Source: an uncultured Lentisphaerales bacterium (GTDB taxonomy: Bacteria > Verrucomicrobiota > Lentisphaeria > JABSQK01 > UBA12247). Taken from it: DNA of 64,000 nt. The position numbers were made by a program, and so were the translations under genes. Shown here piece by piece: positions 1-10,377 of the stretch; position 1 is the stretch's first letter; every line of letters starts with the position of its first letter. The stretch covers positions 32,001 to 96,000 of the forward strand of contig CALSSJ010000012.1 of assembly GCA_943788985.1 (NCBI GenBank), in the 5' to 3' direction. The notes below the pieces were generated by a model that made no database searches, was not told the origin of the DNA, and worked only from the letters and a program-made list of their open reading frames with translations.

Positions 1-1119
1 GACGTCCACTTTGTTATGTGCGTGCACGTCATGGGCTTCGCCGATGTCACTCGACACCGTCATGCCGGTGTTTTTCACCCGGAGTGTGCGGCGCTGCTGG
101 TCACAGATGGTGGGCCAGCCGTCATACTCCACAGGCTTCATCGTGGGTGGGTCGTAGCTGGCGCGCGAGCGTCCCTGGTAGTTGGTCAGCTGGACGAAGT
201 AGAAGGGGAACTCGCCCTGTGCCCATAGCTTGCGCCAGGCAGTGATCATGGCACTGAAGTGTTGTTCGTACTTGAGGGTATTGTGATCGCGATTGGATTC
301 ACCCTGATACCAGATGGTGCCGCGGATGGCATAGGGGATCACCGGGTTAACCATGCCATTGAAGATGGTAGCTGCCTGCTTTGGGTTCTTGTTGTAGTAG
401 GCTGCCATTTCTTCATCCGCCTGAAACGCTTCAGCCGGCATCCAAGGTTCGATGCGGGTGCCACCCCAGGCGCACTTGATCAGGCCCACCGGAACATTGA
501 GCTCTCTGCGTAGCTCGCGAGCAAAGAAATAGGCGGTGCCTGAAAAACCAGGATTGTTCTGCGGTGATGAATCCAACCAAGTCCCCTTGAGGGTTGCTCA
601 GCGGCTTCATGGGTGATTTGGTCTTGGCCACGGTAAACTGCCTCAGCAGCGCATCACTCGCGGTTTCCATTTCCTTTTTGACATAATTTGCCGTGGGGAT
701 GTGTTCCGGTGTGGTGCGCTTCGGAGACACCTTGGCCAGCTGTTCCATCTCTCCACTCCATGTTCGACTGCCCGGAGCAGAACCAGACTTCTCCGGAGAG
801 CACGTCCTTGATGGTCAATCGTATTGTTGCCCTTCAGGGTCAGGGTATGAGGGCCACCTGCCTCTGGGGTCTTCAGCTTGACCATCCATTTTCCGGAGGC
901 ATCGGCGGTGGTCGCCGCGCTTTCTCCCCAGCTGCCGGTGACGCTTACTTTTTCCCCTGCATCAGCCGAGCCCCAGACGGGCGCTTGGGTCTCACGCTGG
1001 ATCACCATGTGATCGGTGAAGAGTGCAGCAGGCACGACATCCGCCAAGCTGACACTTGGGATCGCAGTGACAAAGGCAGCTGCAATCGCTGAAATGATTT
1101 TGATTGAATGATACTTCAT
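1..1119 (-). pseudogene. Sialate O-acetylesterase (SASA-domain) family protein, split by two +1 frameshifts; runs off the left edge of the window
   Basis: Signal peptide followed by LFTDHMVIQRETQAPVWG. An extra base near 814 (NNTID|IKDVLSGEVWFCSGQSNM) and another near 595 (KPLS|TLKGTWLDSS) break the frame. The downstream frame reads WYQGES...DVHAHNKVDV, collinear with the paralogs at 7123 and 14902. Confidence 0.85.
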
Positions 1120-2108
1120 CTTTTACCTAAGTTGATGTTTCGGCTATTTTCCGCCGCCTGCATCCGGCTTCTTTGAGTCTGCTTGGCTAGCGTAAAGGTG
1201 GCCACCACGGCGCGGTGGTCAGAGGGATAGGGAGCAACCACGATGTCCGCGATCTCTTCATTCTCCCCAACGATCTTTGCGTCGGTCACTTTTACGCCAT
1301 TGCCCCTGAAATACACAAAATCAATGCGGTCAGGGTGGCTTCTCGGGTCATCGTCCTTGTAGGCTGGTGACCAGGTGAAGCCCGGCTTTTCCATCTCGTC
1401 GGGATAGATCGTGCGATAGGCATCGGTAAAGCCGGCTTTGGCGAACACCTTAGAGGTGGGGAATTCCACCTTGATGGGGTGGCGACCGGACTGGGCCGCT
1501 TTTTCGGTCCAGTCAAGGTGTGACGGTTCATTGAAATCACCTACTATAAAAACAGGAGCCTTTTTATCGGAGAGGGACCTTACCAGCCTGAGAAGTCTTG
1601 CGATGTCTCTACCTCGAGCTTTTTGGGCTCCTTCAATCGCTTCGGCTTCGGTCTTGATGAAGGGGGTATTCCTGTGTTTCTTAAACTTTGGCCGAATGCC
1701 CATCAGCTGGTAGGGCTGATAAGGATTAGATGGTAGGTGCAGGTTGAAGATGTAGGCTTGCTGATCCGAAAGCAGTTTGACTTTGATGCCATCTCTCTTC
1801 TCTTCGACAATCTCGTAACGCGTGAGGATGGGACCGTAGTGATTCCAGCCCAGTAGCTGCGCCAACTTCACGGCACTATCGCCGGCCTCCTGCATGCCGA
1901 CCACATCGGCCTTTGCCTCCTGAATCACCTTGGCCGTTTGGGATAAGGGTTGCCCACGCTTCGTGCCGCCGCGATAGACATTGTAAGACATGACCTTGAC
2001 GCTGAGCTCTTCGCTGGACTCTTCAGTTTGTGCGTGCAGGGGAGAACCAAAAGACGCCCCAGCAGCAATCAGTATTACTATCGTAACCGTGCGAATTATG
2101 TTCTTCAT
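1116..2108 (-). CDS. Secreted endonuclease/exonuclease/phosphatase (EEP) family protein
   Basis: Signal peptide; EEP motifs VMSYNV, GMQE, GDFNEPSH, DRIDFVY, YPSDH. Confidence 0.9.
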   Translation of the reverse strand: MKNIIRTVTIVILIAAGASFGSPLHAQTEESSEELSVKVMSYNVYRGGTKRGQPLSQTAKVIQEAKADVVGMQEAGDSAVKLAQLLGWNHYGPILTRYEIVEEKRDGIKVKLLSDQQAYIFNLHLPSNPYQPYQLMGIRPKFKKHRNTPFIKTEAEAIEGAQKARGRDIARLLRLVRSLSDKKAPVFIVGDFNEPSHLDWTEKAAQSGRHPIKVEFPTSKVFAKAGFTDAYRTIYPDEMEKPGFTWSPAYKDDDPRSHPDRIDFVYFRGNGVKVTDAKIVGENEEIADIVVAPYPSDHRAVVATFTLAKQTQRSRMQAAENSRNINLGKR

Positions 2109-2155
2109 AATATTTAACCTCTACCCGCACCGAATTGCTCGGTGATGGTTTTTTC

Positions 2156-2291
2156 AACCACTGATGAACACTGATTTTCATTCGGTAATTCGTTTCCATT
2201 CGAGTTTTGGCTTTTTGAAATTCAGAATAGACCCCAGGCGATCTCCTGTGATTTCTCAGCCTCACAAATCGGTTCAGGTTTATCAGTGGTT
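2156..2291 (-). pseudogene. Decayed GxxExxY unit (C-terminal remnant) bounded by inverted repeats
   Basis: 2178-2237 on the minus strand reads LGSILNFKKPKLEWKRITE*, similar to the C-terminus of the intact GxxExxY gene (IGLILNF...). Ends are AACCACTGAT (2156-2165) and ATCAGTGGTT (2282-2291). Confidence 0.65.
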
Positions 2292-2357
2292 AAGTCTTCT
2301 TCTTCCTTCGCTGCCAACGTCGCGGATCAGGCGCGACTATTTCCCGTCGCCCAAATA

Positions 2358-4016
2358 CTATATCGCTCCTTCTTCCCGCGTCCCGGTCTCTGTTTTGCTG
2401 GGAATGTAGTCCTTCGGATTCGTCCGCTTGTCGTAGGGATTCCAATACAACCCAATCCCCGAAATCAGCGGTGTCGTCCGCCCGTCTTCAATCACCAGGC
2501 GGAACTTCTGCGCGGTGACAGCGGGGAACCGGATCTGACGACGGTACCCAATCGTCTTGCTGGCATGCAGCGCAGACCACTTACCGCTGTCATCGAGGTA
2601 CTCCATGCGATGCGCCCCCACACGCTGCCCCATCTGGACCGGCTCACGCAGCTCGAATACGTTCACACTCTTCTTTTTTCCCAGGTCCAAGGTCAGGGTA
2701 GCCGTCACTTCCTGGTCCTGGCCTGCCCAATAGGTCGCCTGCCGGCCATCCAAAGCCTTCTCGGCGCTGAAGCGCGGATCGGCGTCGCCCCAGCTCTTGT
2801 CCGCCGTGATCGTGGCGCCTTCAGCCAGGTTTACGGCAAAGATTGTGTCGATCTCATCGGTCAACTGTTTCAGCGCCGCGACCTGATCCTCTGGGAAACG
2901 GCCGGTTTTATCCGGCGACAGGTTCAGCATCATCGTGCAGCCGCGGCCAATCGAAGCAAAGTGGAGGTCGCGCAGCTGCTGCGGCGATTTAGGTTGGCTA
3001 CGAGGCCCTCGTCTCCAGAACCACCCGCGGAGAATGGATGTATTTGCCTCCCGCGGCATGTAGCGCAGGAGCTCAACGGCCTTGTAGCTCGGTTGACCGC
3101 CGGCCACAACCCCGGCAGCCGCCCCCTTATCATAGGTGTGGCCAATATAGGCAACCGGCAGTTTCCCTCGCCGCACACGCGATGGCGTCTTGTACGGCGA
3201 AGACTCAAAGCACCAATTCTCCTCCCGGCCCACGCCGGCTTCATTGCCCACCCCGCCAACGTCCGGCCCCATCATCTCGATAAAGGCAGCTGGCGCATAG
3301 CGACGAATCACCTTGTAGTATCCCGGCCAGTCAAACGGCGACATGTTACGGCTGTCCTTCGATCCCCCGAACGCACCGTCAAACCAGAACCCGGCAACCG
3401 GACCATACTCCGTCATCAGCTCAACCAGTTGATCGGTGAAGTAATCGTTATACGCCTCCGTCCCATAGCGCTTGTCGTGACGATCCCACGGCGAGAGATA
3501 GTAGTTGATCCCGATTCCCTGCTTATTGCAGGCATCAGAGAACTCGCGCAAGATGTCTCCCTTGCCATCAGCCCATTTTGTCGATTTCACCGAATGATCC
3601 GTATGCGGGCTCGGCCAGAGACAGAAACCATCATGGTGCTTCGCCGTCAGCGAAATCACCTTGAACCCATTCTCCTTGGCAACCCGAACCCACTGCTGGC
3701 AGAAATTTTGGGACGTCGGAGCAAACACGTTCGGATCCTCGTTGCCATCTCCCCATTCCTGTCCGGTAAAGTTGTTGACCGTGAAGTGAATGAACATCTG
3801 CTTCTCGAGATGGTGGTATTTGAGCTGCACATCCGTTGGGAGGGGCGAAACGGCAGGAGGTCCATTTTCCAACTGCCGGATAATGTCCCACACCTCTCCA
3901 CGCTCCGCTGCGGCACTCATGGCCGCACTTGCCGTCAAGACAACTGCGGTCACGCCAACACCCAACCATCGTAACCCTCTACGCATCACATGCGCCTGGT
4001 TTGTTCCTTGCATCAT
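2358..4016 (-). CDS. Alpha-L-fucosidase (GH29) with C-terminal F5/8 type C (discoidin-like) domain
   Basis: MFIHF, LTAKHHDGFCLWPS, YYLSPWDRH, FWFDGA; C-terminal ALDG...TYW and LREPVQMGQRV. Confidence 0.92.
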   Translation of the reverse strand: MMQGTNQAHVMRRGLRWLGVGVTAVVLTASAAMSAAAERGEVWDIIRQLENGPPAVSPLPTDVQLKYHHLEKQMFIHFTVNNFTGQEWGDGNEDPNVFAPTSQNFCQQWVRVAKENGFKVISLTAKHHDGFCLWPSPHTDHSVKSTKWADGKGDILREFSDACNKQGIGINYYLSPWDRHDKRYGTEAYNDYFTDQLVELMTEYGPVAGFWFDGAFGGSKDSRNMSPFDWPGYYKVIRRYAPAAFIEMMGPDVGGVGNEAGVGREENWCFESSPYKTPSRVRRGKLPVAYIGHTYDKGAAAGVVAGGQPSYKAVELLRYMPREANTSILRGWFWRRGPRSQPKSPQQLRDLHFASIGRGCTMMLNLSPDKTGRFPEDQVAALKQLTDEIDTIFAVNLAEGATITADKSWGDADPRFSAEKALDGRQATYWAGQDQEVTATLTLDLGKKKSVNVFELREPVQMGQRVGAHRMEYLDDSGKWSALHASKTIGYRRQIRFPAVTAQKFRLVIEDGRTTPLISGIGLYWNPYDKRTNPKDYIPSKTETGTREEGAI

Positions 4017-4197
4017 AACCTCCTGTTTTTTCCTTCGTTCGAATATGTTTCTTGTGAGTCATCTCCTTAACGCGTCAGCCAGTAGAATCCGAGAATCATG
4101 ACCACAACCGCTACCCAACAGGCAGCTGAGAGGAGAGGCCGCATCCCCCTGTTTCCTGGCCTAGACAGCCAGGAATAGGCAGGAAAGTCCCACGGAG

Positions 4198-4211
4198 TTC
4201 AAACGTTAACA
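4198..4211. promoter_or_regulatory. Putative LacI-family operator, copy 1 (TTCAAACGTTAACA)
   Basis: One mismatch to the copies at 45627 and 49765; central CG, cre/LacI-like; upstream of the GH29 gene. Confidence 0.6.
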
Positions 4212-4322
4212 CAAGGATATAGGCCTCGCTTGTCAAGCTATAACAGAGGCAAGAATCTCCGTCACAGTAGAAATGTCTACAATCGGGCCACTGCTGCCGT
4301 GACGAAGCGCCACGCAACGCGA

Positions 4323-4345
4323 CTCGGCTAGGAGAGCCAAGCTAC
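4323..4345 (-). repeat. GTAG-type REP-like hairpin
   Basis: Minus strand reads GTAG-CTTGGCT-CTCCT-AGCCGAG. Confidence 0.4.
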
Positions 4346-4384
4346 GTTCATCGCCTCACAGCAACGGGATATCCCATCCCCTAA

Positions 4385-6489
4385 CCCGAGTTTCGCACTA
4401 TAGCCTACACTCAAGCGTAAAAATCGGAGAAATCGACGCGAGTCACTACACAAAACGACTGCGTTCAGTCCGGCTGTCGGTAGCACGAATGCTGAGTCGG
4501 AAGCAATGACAAATCGATCCCGAGATGGTTGTAAATCTGACGGTGGATAGGCTCGGGCCGACCGGGTTTGCGTACGCGATGCACCTCGCCACTGATAGTC
4601 GGTAGCTCGGTGGTCGCGTAGCAATGCGACCCGAGAATCTCGCGCAGCGTCGCCCAGTTGCGCCGATCTCCACACTGCTCAAGCCTGTAGCAGACAAAGC
4701 GCATCAGCTGGTAGGCCAGCAGCGATATGAAAATATGGCCGTCGACGCGGTGCTCGAGGCGGTGAAAGTTCGGCCGGAGACCGAGCTGACCTTTCAGACA
4801 GCGAAAACCGGCCTCGGCCTTTGTCAGCACCATGTAGCTGCGCCAGAGCTCAACAGCCGATAGCGTCGGTGCATGGGCCTGGAGCACGTAGCAACCATCG
4901 AGAGTCGCGGCCTGGGCCATGTTGGCGTCGTCATGCTCCCAGGTAAGCGCCCCGTCTTTGCACGAAATCTGATAGTAGCGAGCCACTCGGCTGTGACGCT
5001 CTCGTAAGCGGCCGATAGCCTGGTCGATCTTCTTGGGCGCCTTCAATCGGCCCTTGCTAATCCGCACGCGCAATTTTTCTAGATCCGCCAGCAGGCGCTC
5101 ATCGGCCTTGCTGCGAATGGCGGATTCTTTGAGACCGCGCTGGGTGCTGCGGCAGAGCAAAAACTGGTCATCATACTCGGCTTCTTTTACCGCATCGATT
5201 CCGACCAGCTGAGGTCGGGCCAGCTTGCTCACTTCGACTTTGCGATCCGGAATCTGCTCAAAAGTGGCCGCGGCGAAGGTCTCGCTGAAATGATTGCGGA
5301 AGCTACGCGTGCGGTTCACCAGGTAGTTAATTTTGGCCTCGCGTAGCGTCTTGAGATTCTCTTCAGTCGCCAAGCCGCCGTCAAGAACGACGATCGGCGG
5401 CGCGGATAAGTGCTGGCCTGTCAGCGTCTTTTGCAAGGTCTCGATCATCTCCGGCAGGGTCGTGGCGTCGCCAGTATTGCCGGCAAAAGTGCGATGAAAA
5501 AGGATGAAGCCGTGCTCGTCGAAACACACGCCCGCCGCTACCAAGGGGCAGTCGTTGCGCTTCTGTTTGCTCTTGCCTCGCTGGGCCTTCGGGTTCTGCT
5601 CACAGATTCCTTCGAAATGCGTGTTCGTGAGATCATACAAGTAGTAGGTCCGCTGCAGCGACAGCTTACTGGCGATGATCTCTTGCATATGCAGCTCGAT
5701 CTCATCGCGTGCCTCGATCAAGCGATCGCTAACCCGATAATAGCGATCTTTGTTGATCTGCGTGTCGTGCTTAAGCCCCAAGAGATCTGCCAACGACGAG
5801 CCTGCCAGGAAGCGTTCGGTGAGGGCCAACTCGCTTCCTGGGGCGACCATCCGGCCGATGACTTGGACAATGGCCGCCTGACGTTGTGCGGGGTTAAAGT
5901 TGAGGCGTTCGAGGAGGGAATCCATGTTCAGTTCACGCCAGGCATGCAGGGCCAGCAACTCTGGTCCGAGGCGGGTAGTCTGCCCGGTAGAGACTTGCTC
6001 GACGAGTACGCCGTCGATGCTTGGCGAAGGCGCTTCATCACTCTGCGGCGTCGGCTCCTGCTTGCGTTCTCCGATAGGCACCCAGGTTCCCTTGCGTCGG
6101 ACGGCTCCGACGATTTCGTTGGCCTCTTCGACGACATCGGTTGGCATGCGAAGCAGCAGAGGGCGGCAATAGAGTTCCGCGTCGATGACTTGGGCGATGA
6201 GCTTTCCACGCGCCTTGTCGAGTTCACGCATGCCCAAGGATAAGACCACGCGGTTGCGTGGTTGGCCGTCTGCATTGCGATAGGACTCAAGCAGTTGCAG
6301 GATCTGCTTGCCTCGAGATGTGCGTGTGGCGAAGTACATGAGAATACGATGGCACGCTCATGTAGCGCCGTCAAGGGAAATTCCAATATTGCAGTAACTA
6401 CGAGACCGCTTCTCGCGCCCGTGAGCGAGAAGCGATGGCAAAATATGCCCAAAATTCGTCAAAATCCGGATTTCAGTGCGAAACTCGGG
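4385..6489 (-). mobile_element. IS1634-family insertion sequence, apparently intact
   Basis: Perfect 15-bp terminal IRs CCCGAGTTTCGCACT (4385-4399) and AGTGCGAAACTCGGG (6475-6489); 4-bp direct repeat CTAA at 4381-4384 and 6490-6493; contains a single long transposase ORF. Confidence 0.92.
4465..6339 (-). CDS. IS1634-family DDE transposase
   Basis: YLYDLTNTHFEG, GKSKQKRNDC, IVVLDGG, AEAGFRCLKGQLGLRPNFHRLEHRVDGHIFISLLAY. Confidence 0.92.
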   Translation of the reverse strand: MYFATRTSRGKQILQLLESYRNADGQPRNRVVLSLGMRELDKARGKLIAQVIDAELYCRPLLLRMPTDVVEEANEIVGAVRRKGTWVPIGERKQEPTPQSDEAPSPSIDGVLVEQVSTGQTTRLGPELLALHAWRELNMDSLLERLNFNPAQRQAAIVQVIGRMVAPGSELALTERFLAGSSLADLLGLKHDTQINKDRYYRVSDRLIEARDEIELHMQEIIASKLSLQRTYYLYDLTNTHFEGICEQNPKAQRGKSKQKRNDCPLVAAGVCFDEHGFILFHRTFAGNTGDATTLPEMIETLQKTLTGQHLSAPPIVVLDGGLATEENLKTLREAKINYLVNRTRSFRNHFSETFAAATFEQIPDRKVEVSKLARPQLVGIDAVKEAEYDDQFLLCRSTQRGLKESAIRSKADERLLADLEKLRVRISKGRLKAPKKIDQAIGRLRERHSRVARYYQISCKDGALTWEHDDANMAQAATLDGCYVLQAHAPTLSAVELWRSYMVLTKAEAGFRCLKGQLGLRPNFHRLEHRVDGHIFISLLAYQLMRFVCYRLEQCGDRRNWATLREILGSHCYATTELPTISGEVHRVRKPGRPEPIHRQIYNHLGIDLSLLPTQHSCYRQPD

Positions 6490-6607
6490 CTAAGCATAGC
6501 GTATTCAGTGATCTCATTTTCTTATCTCTTTTTATTTTCGGTTCTTCGTTGATTCTAGTGGTAGTTCAGGACGTTTTGACCGGATAACTGGATAAGTCGG
6601 ATAGTTT

Positions 6608-7015
6608 TTAATCCTGTTGATCAAGCGTTTTTAAATCCCGCACCTTCCGCTTCACTTCGACTTTGGTCTCCGCGAAATTAAGAATGAGCCCAATTACTTT
6701 CTGAGTTGCCGTCAGGTAGTTCACCAGTTGAATCTCGTGGGCCCGAACAATGCTCCTAACCGATTTCAATTCAAGAATAATGACATCCTCTACAAGAACA
6801 TCTGCAACAAACGTCCCAACCACCTCTCCCTCGTATGCAACCTGGAGCGGCACCTGTGACTCCGCAACCAACCCAGCCTTCTTCAATTCGATCATCAGGC
6901 ACTTTTCATAAACTGACTCTAGAAACCCGAAGCCCATTTTGTTATAAACCTGATAAGCACATCCGATAATTGCCTTCGTCAGCTCTTGATGCTCCAGTCT
7001 CTCCCCTTTAGACAA
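6608..7015 (-). CDS. GxxExxY protein (PD-(D/E)xK nuclease-like fold)
   Basis: GFLESVY motif, ADVLVEDVIILELKSV, QLVNYL...GLILNF. Flanked by imperfect inverted ~9-nt repeats with an (A)CAGGAT/ATCC core at ~6575-6620 and ~7040-7070. Confidence 0.92.
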   Translation of the reverse strand: MSKGERLEHQELTKAIIGCAYQVYNKMGFGFLESVYEKCLMIELKKAGLVAESQVPLQVAYEGEVVGTFVADVLVEDVIILELKSVRSIVRAHEIQLVNYLTATQKVIGLILNFAETKVEVKRKVRDLKTLDQQD

Positions 7016-7122
7016 TGATGTTTTTTGATTTACTGCATTTCCATCCTGCAGATCCTGTTATCTCGTCCAATATTCCTCCCCCCCACCTTCCATCTCGACA
7101 ACTTCTACGAAGAACGGTTTTC

Positions 7123-8748
7123 TTAATCCTTTTGGGCTTTTTCGGCTGCTTCTAGTGACACCGCGGGAAGAGATTTCTTCTTGGTGGGGGGCGCTTTCGA
7201 AGGAGCCACCTTGGCTGTGATCTCAGCTTCCGTGGTGAAGATGGAGGCGGGCAGGCCTTCCTTGTTATACAGGTTGGCGCCTTCCGGATTCGGTGCCCAG
7301 GCATAGCGGACAACAACCGGCTGCCGCACCTCCGGGTGGGAGACCGTGACCGTGTCTTTTCCGGTGATTTCAGCCTGCGCCGATTTCCACTGGCGATCTG
7401 CCCCGCGAATCTGGAACTGTTTCAACGGCTCCCCGGTTTCCCGCGCAGGATCCATCACCGGCTTCTCGCCGCTTATGAGCCCGGAGCCGGCGGAATCAAA
7501 CGTGATGATCACTTTATCGCCTTTGATGTTGTGGCTCTGATAGAGCGGGCCGCTGCAAACAGAGACCTTCTGTTTGTAATCATGCTTCAACGCCCACAGC
7601 GCCAGACGCTTGCCGACATCCATTTTGTTGTGCGGATGGACGTCCCGGGCTTCGCCGATATCACGCAGCACCGCCATGCCGGTGTTTTTGAGACCGAGCG
7701 TTCGGCGCTGCTGATCGCAGACCGTGGGCCATCCGTCGAACGCAGGCGTCCCGGGAGCCGGTCTCGCATAGTTCGCCAACTGCGCGAAGTAAAACGGAAA
7801 GTCGCCTTGCCCCCAATGCTCACGCCAACTGCTGATCAGCGCCCGTAAATTGCGTTCATACATCTGAGGATTATGGCTGGAATTGGCTTCACCCTGATAC
7901 CAGATCGTGCCCTTGATGGCGTACGGGATGACCGGATTGACCATACCATTGAAAATTGTGGATGGTACCGTCGGACGCCATCCCCGCCTAGTGGCTTCCC
8001 TTTCAGCCCTCTCTTCTTCCTCCAGCATCATATTGTTCTGGTAATACACGGCCATCTCCTCGTCCTGCTGATACGCCTCTGCCGGAATCCAGGGTTCCAC
8101 ACGGGTCGCGCCCCAGGCACACAGAATCAAACCGACCGGAACATCCAGATCCTTGCGCAGCTCGCGCCCGAAAAAGTAGGCCGTGCCGGAAAAGTCCGGA
8201 TTGGTTTGCGGCGATGAAGACATCCACTGACCGCTCAGCCTCCCCAACGGCTCCAGCGGCGACGTGTTACCGGTGACCGTAAACTGCCGCAGCATCTCAT
8301 CCCGAGCCGTAGTCATTTCCTGTTTCACATAGGAGGCAGCGGGCTTATATCTCTTCTCCGTCCGATGGTTATTGGTTTTCGCCAAACTTTTCAGATTAAA
8401 AGCCATATTGGATTGGCCGGAACAGAACCACACTTCACCCGAGAGCACGTCTTTAATCTCAACCGTGTTGTTCCCCTGAATCGTGAGCGCGTACGGGCCG
8501 CCAGCTTCAGGCGTTTTCAGCTTCAGCATCCATTTACCGGATGCGTCGGCTGTCGTAGCCGCAGATTCACCCCAGCTCGCGCTGACAGTCACGGTTTCAC
8601 TCGCATCTGCGGTCCCCCAGACGGGGGCTTGGGTTTCACGCTGGATCACCATGCCATCGGCAAACAGCGCCGCCGGCTTCACATCCGCCATGCCGATAAA
8701 AGGCAGTGTTAGCACGCACATCGCTATTTGTTGTATCAGTTTCATCAT
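7123..8748 (-). CDS. Sialate O-acetylesterase (SASA-domain) family protein
   Basis: Start moved to MMKLIQQIA (signal peptide); GEVWFCSGQSNM, WYQGEAN, DVHPHNK, VRYAW...NLYNKEGLPA. Confidence 0.9.
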   Translation of the reverse strand: MMKLIQQIAMCVLTLPFIGMADVKPAALFADGMVIQRETQAPVWGTADASETVTVSASWGESAATTADASGKWMLKLKTPEAGGPYALTIQGNNTVEIKDVLSGEVWFCSGQSNMAFNLKSLAKTNNHRTEKRYKPAASYVKQEMTTARDEMLRQFTVTGNTSPLEPLGRLSGQWMSSSPQTNPDFSGTAYFFGRELRKDLDVPVGLILCAWGATRVEPWIPAEAYQQDEEMAVYYQNNMMLEEEERAEREATRRGWRPTVPSTIFNGMVNPVIPYAIKGTIWYQGEANSSHNPQMYERNLRALISSWREHWGQGDFPFYFAQLANYARPAPGTPAFDGWPTVCDQQRRTLGLKNTGMAVLRDIGEARDVHPHNKMDVGKRLALWALKHDYKQKVSVCSGPLYQSHNIKGDKVIITFDSAGSGLISGEKPVMDPARETGEPLKQFQIRGADRQWKSAQAEITGKDTVTVSHPEVRQPVVVRYAWAPNPEGANLYNKEGLPASIFTTEAEITAKVAPSKAPPTKKKSLPAVSLEAAEKAQKD

Positions 8749-8903
8749 GATTTCAGTATTGTCCTTCTTCGTTTCAATGTTCCTGGATGGTGGATGCAAA
8801 GCCCGCTTCCACGGTCGGCAGCGCGTCCGTGTCGCAAAGCTCCGGAAAGCCTCGCTCAGGGCCGAAATCGCCTCACGCAACTTCGGCTTCCGTCGTCGGG
8901 ACG

Positions 8904-9009
8904 GAATATCCAACAGCCAACAAGGAATCTCCAACACCCAAGGCTCGCGGATTCCTGCTCGTGAGCCTCATTTGGCTATTGGATATTCCTTGTTGGTCAT
9001 TGGACATTC
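8904..9009. repeat. ~106-bp hairpin built from degenerate 7-nt units
   Basis: Left arm GAATATCCAACAGCCAACAAGGAATCTCCAACACCCAA pairs with right arm TTGGCTATTGGATATTCCTTGTTGGTCATTGGACATTC; inner stem AGGCTCGCG/CGTGAGCCT. Confidence 0.8.
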
Positions 9010-9248
9010 TGGAAACAGAAGTTGCGCGATGGTGAGGCCGTTTCCTGAGCGCGTCCGTGTCGACTTGGCCCTGTGCCGTCCCCGTGAGCGTGGCTCCCAG
9101 GAGTAGGATGATCCAGATTCTGTGCATTCGCTCGGTCCGTGGTTGAGTTGCTGGTTGCGCCAAATCCGCGGCGTCTGTCAATAATTACAGCGCCGCTCTG
9201 GCAATCTCTCAGGCACATTTGGTGCAGCGGGGAGGGACTTTTGTGATT

Positions 9249-9301
9249 TGATTGACCGGATTGACAACGACGTCAATACGGTCAATCGCGTCAATAATGT
9301 C
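9249..9301. repeat. Short inverted array of 9-nt-period ATTGAC/GTCAAT units
   Basis: TTGATTGAC CGGATTGAC ... GTCAATACG GTCAATCGC GTCAATAAT. Confidence 0.6.
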
Positions 9302-9480
9302 TCCTCTACTGCGGCTCCGCCTCGATTGGTCGGGTACCGCGGCACCCCGATCGACAGAATGCGCGCAGGGAGTTCCTCTTTTCTGTCATTTCTACTTTTG
9401 GTATTCGGATTTGACTTCGTCGAGCTCGCAGGCTCGGTTCTGTCCCATCTCCCGGTGTACTTTAAGGGGAAAACTCAGGC

Positions 9481-10377
9481 CTAGCGGCGGGTATCGGGGT
9501 CGCCTGCATCTTGATTGTTAAGTTTCCTGTTTTCATTATGGACCTGTTGGATCCAGGCGATGGCCGCAGGGGCTATCAGTTCATGGCCACCGTCAAAAAT
9601 GGTAACCGTTGCATGGCCCGACTCCCTTCGGAAGAGAGGTTGCTTCTGGCCATAGTTTGGGTCTGACAGGTTGGCTTGCAGCTTCGGCGGGACCTTTCTC
9701 TTCTCAACAAAGAAACGAATATCCTCTTCCGAGATCCGGTCTTCCGCTGCCGCTACTTCGTTGAACGCAAGAAGTGAATGGCTAATGGGAACGATTCGCT
9801 CCTTAATTCCTGCGTTGAGATGCAGGGTCGTTCCTCTCGCGTTTTTCAGATAGGTGATGGGTGATCGCTTTGCATACTCCGCGTCAACCGCAGGGCTATC
9901 ACCCGGTGCGCCACCGCATGATTTTTCCATGGACTCGACATGTTTTCCTTGGCCATGCCAGGCCGCCAAGTCCGATATGGGGACCCAGGCCGAAACCCCT
10001 GCCCATAGCTCCGGATGGTGCCCAGCCATGACCAGCGCCGTGTAGCCCCCGCCGGACGTACCGACAAGAAAGACGGAGGAATCATCGATGTTGCTTGTCT
10101 TCTTCGCGTACTCCACCGCGCTTACAATATCTGCCACAACCAGTTTTGACCCGGTTGCTTCAGGTCGATTGTTGGGGCCACGGAAGTCTGGATGGATGTA
10201 CACCCACCCCTGCTCCATGCACCATTGCTCAATGGCTTTGTGGTATTTCTGCTTGTAGTTCCCGGACCAGGTATGGAGAGCAACAATAAGAGGCACGGGT
10301 GTTTCTGACGCGGGAGCATAAAACATGGCAGGCTGCTCGGATTGGTCTGCAGCGCTTTTATACTTAATTTCCTTCAC
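9481..10377 (-). CDS. Alpha/beta hydrolase (S9 prolyl oligopeptidase/esterase-like); possibly the C-terminal domain of the upstream EEP gene
   Basis: VALHTWS, PDFRG, nucleophile motif GTSGGG, FDGGHE. No signal peptide; GTGA overlap with the upstream stop codon. Confidence 0.8.
   Translation of the reverse strand: MKEIKYKSAADQSEQPAMFYAPASETPVPLIVALHTWSGNYKQKYHKAIEQWCMEQGWVYIHPDFRGPNNRPEATGSKLVVADIVSAVEYAKKTSNIDDSSVFLVGTSGGGYTALVMAGHHPELWAGVSAWVPISDLAAWHGQGKHVESMEKSCGGAPGDSPAVDAEYAKRSPITYLKNARGTTLHLNAGIKERIVPISHSLLAFNEVAAAEDRISEEDIRFFVEKRKVPPKLQANLSDPNYGQKQPLFRRESGHATVTIFDGGHELIAPAAIAWIQQVHNENRKLNNQDAGDPDTRR

Noticed and set aside
2286..3974. 562-aa plus-strand ORF
   Set aside because: Antisense shadow of the GH29 gene with no recognisable motifs. 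The same applies to most other plus-strand ORFs within 1-49,700.
7123..8937. Extended N-termini given by the ORF track (also the starts at 13688, 22679, 39251, 45567 and 56702)
   Set aside because: The extensions run through repeats or neighbouring genes; signal peptides and paralog alignment support the downstream starts.
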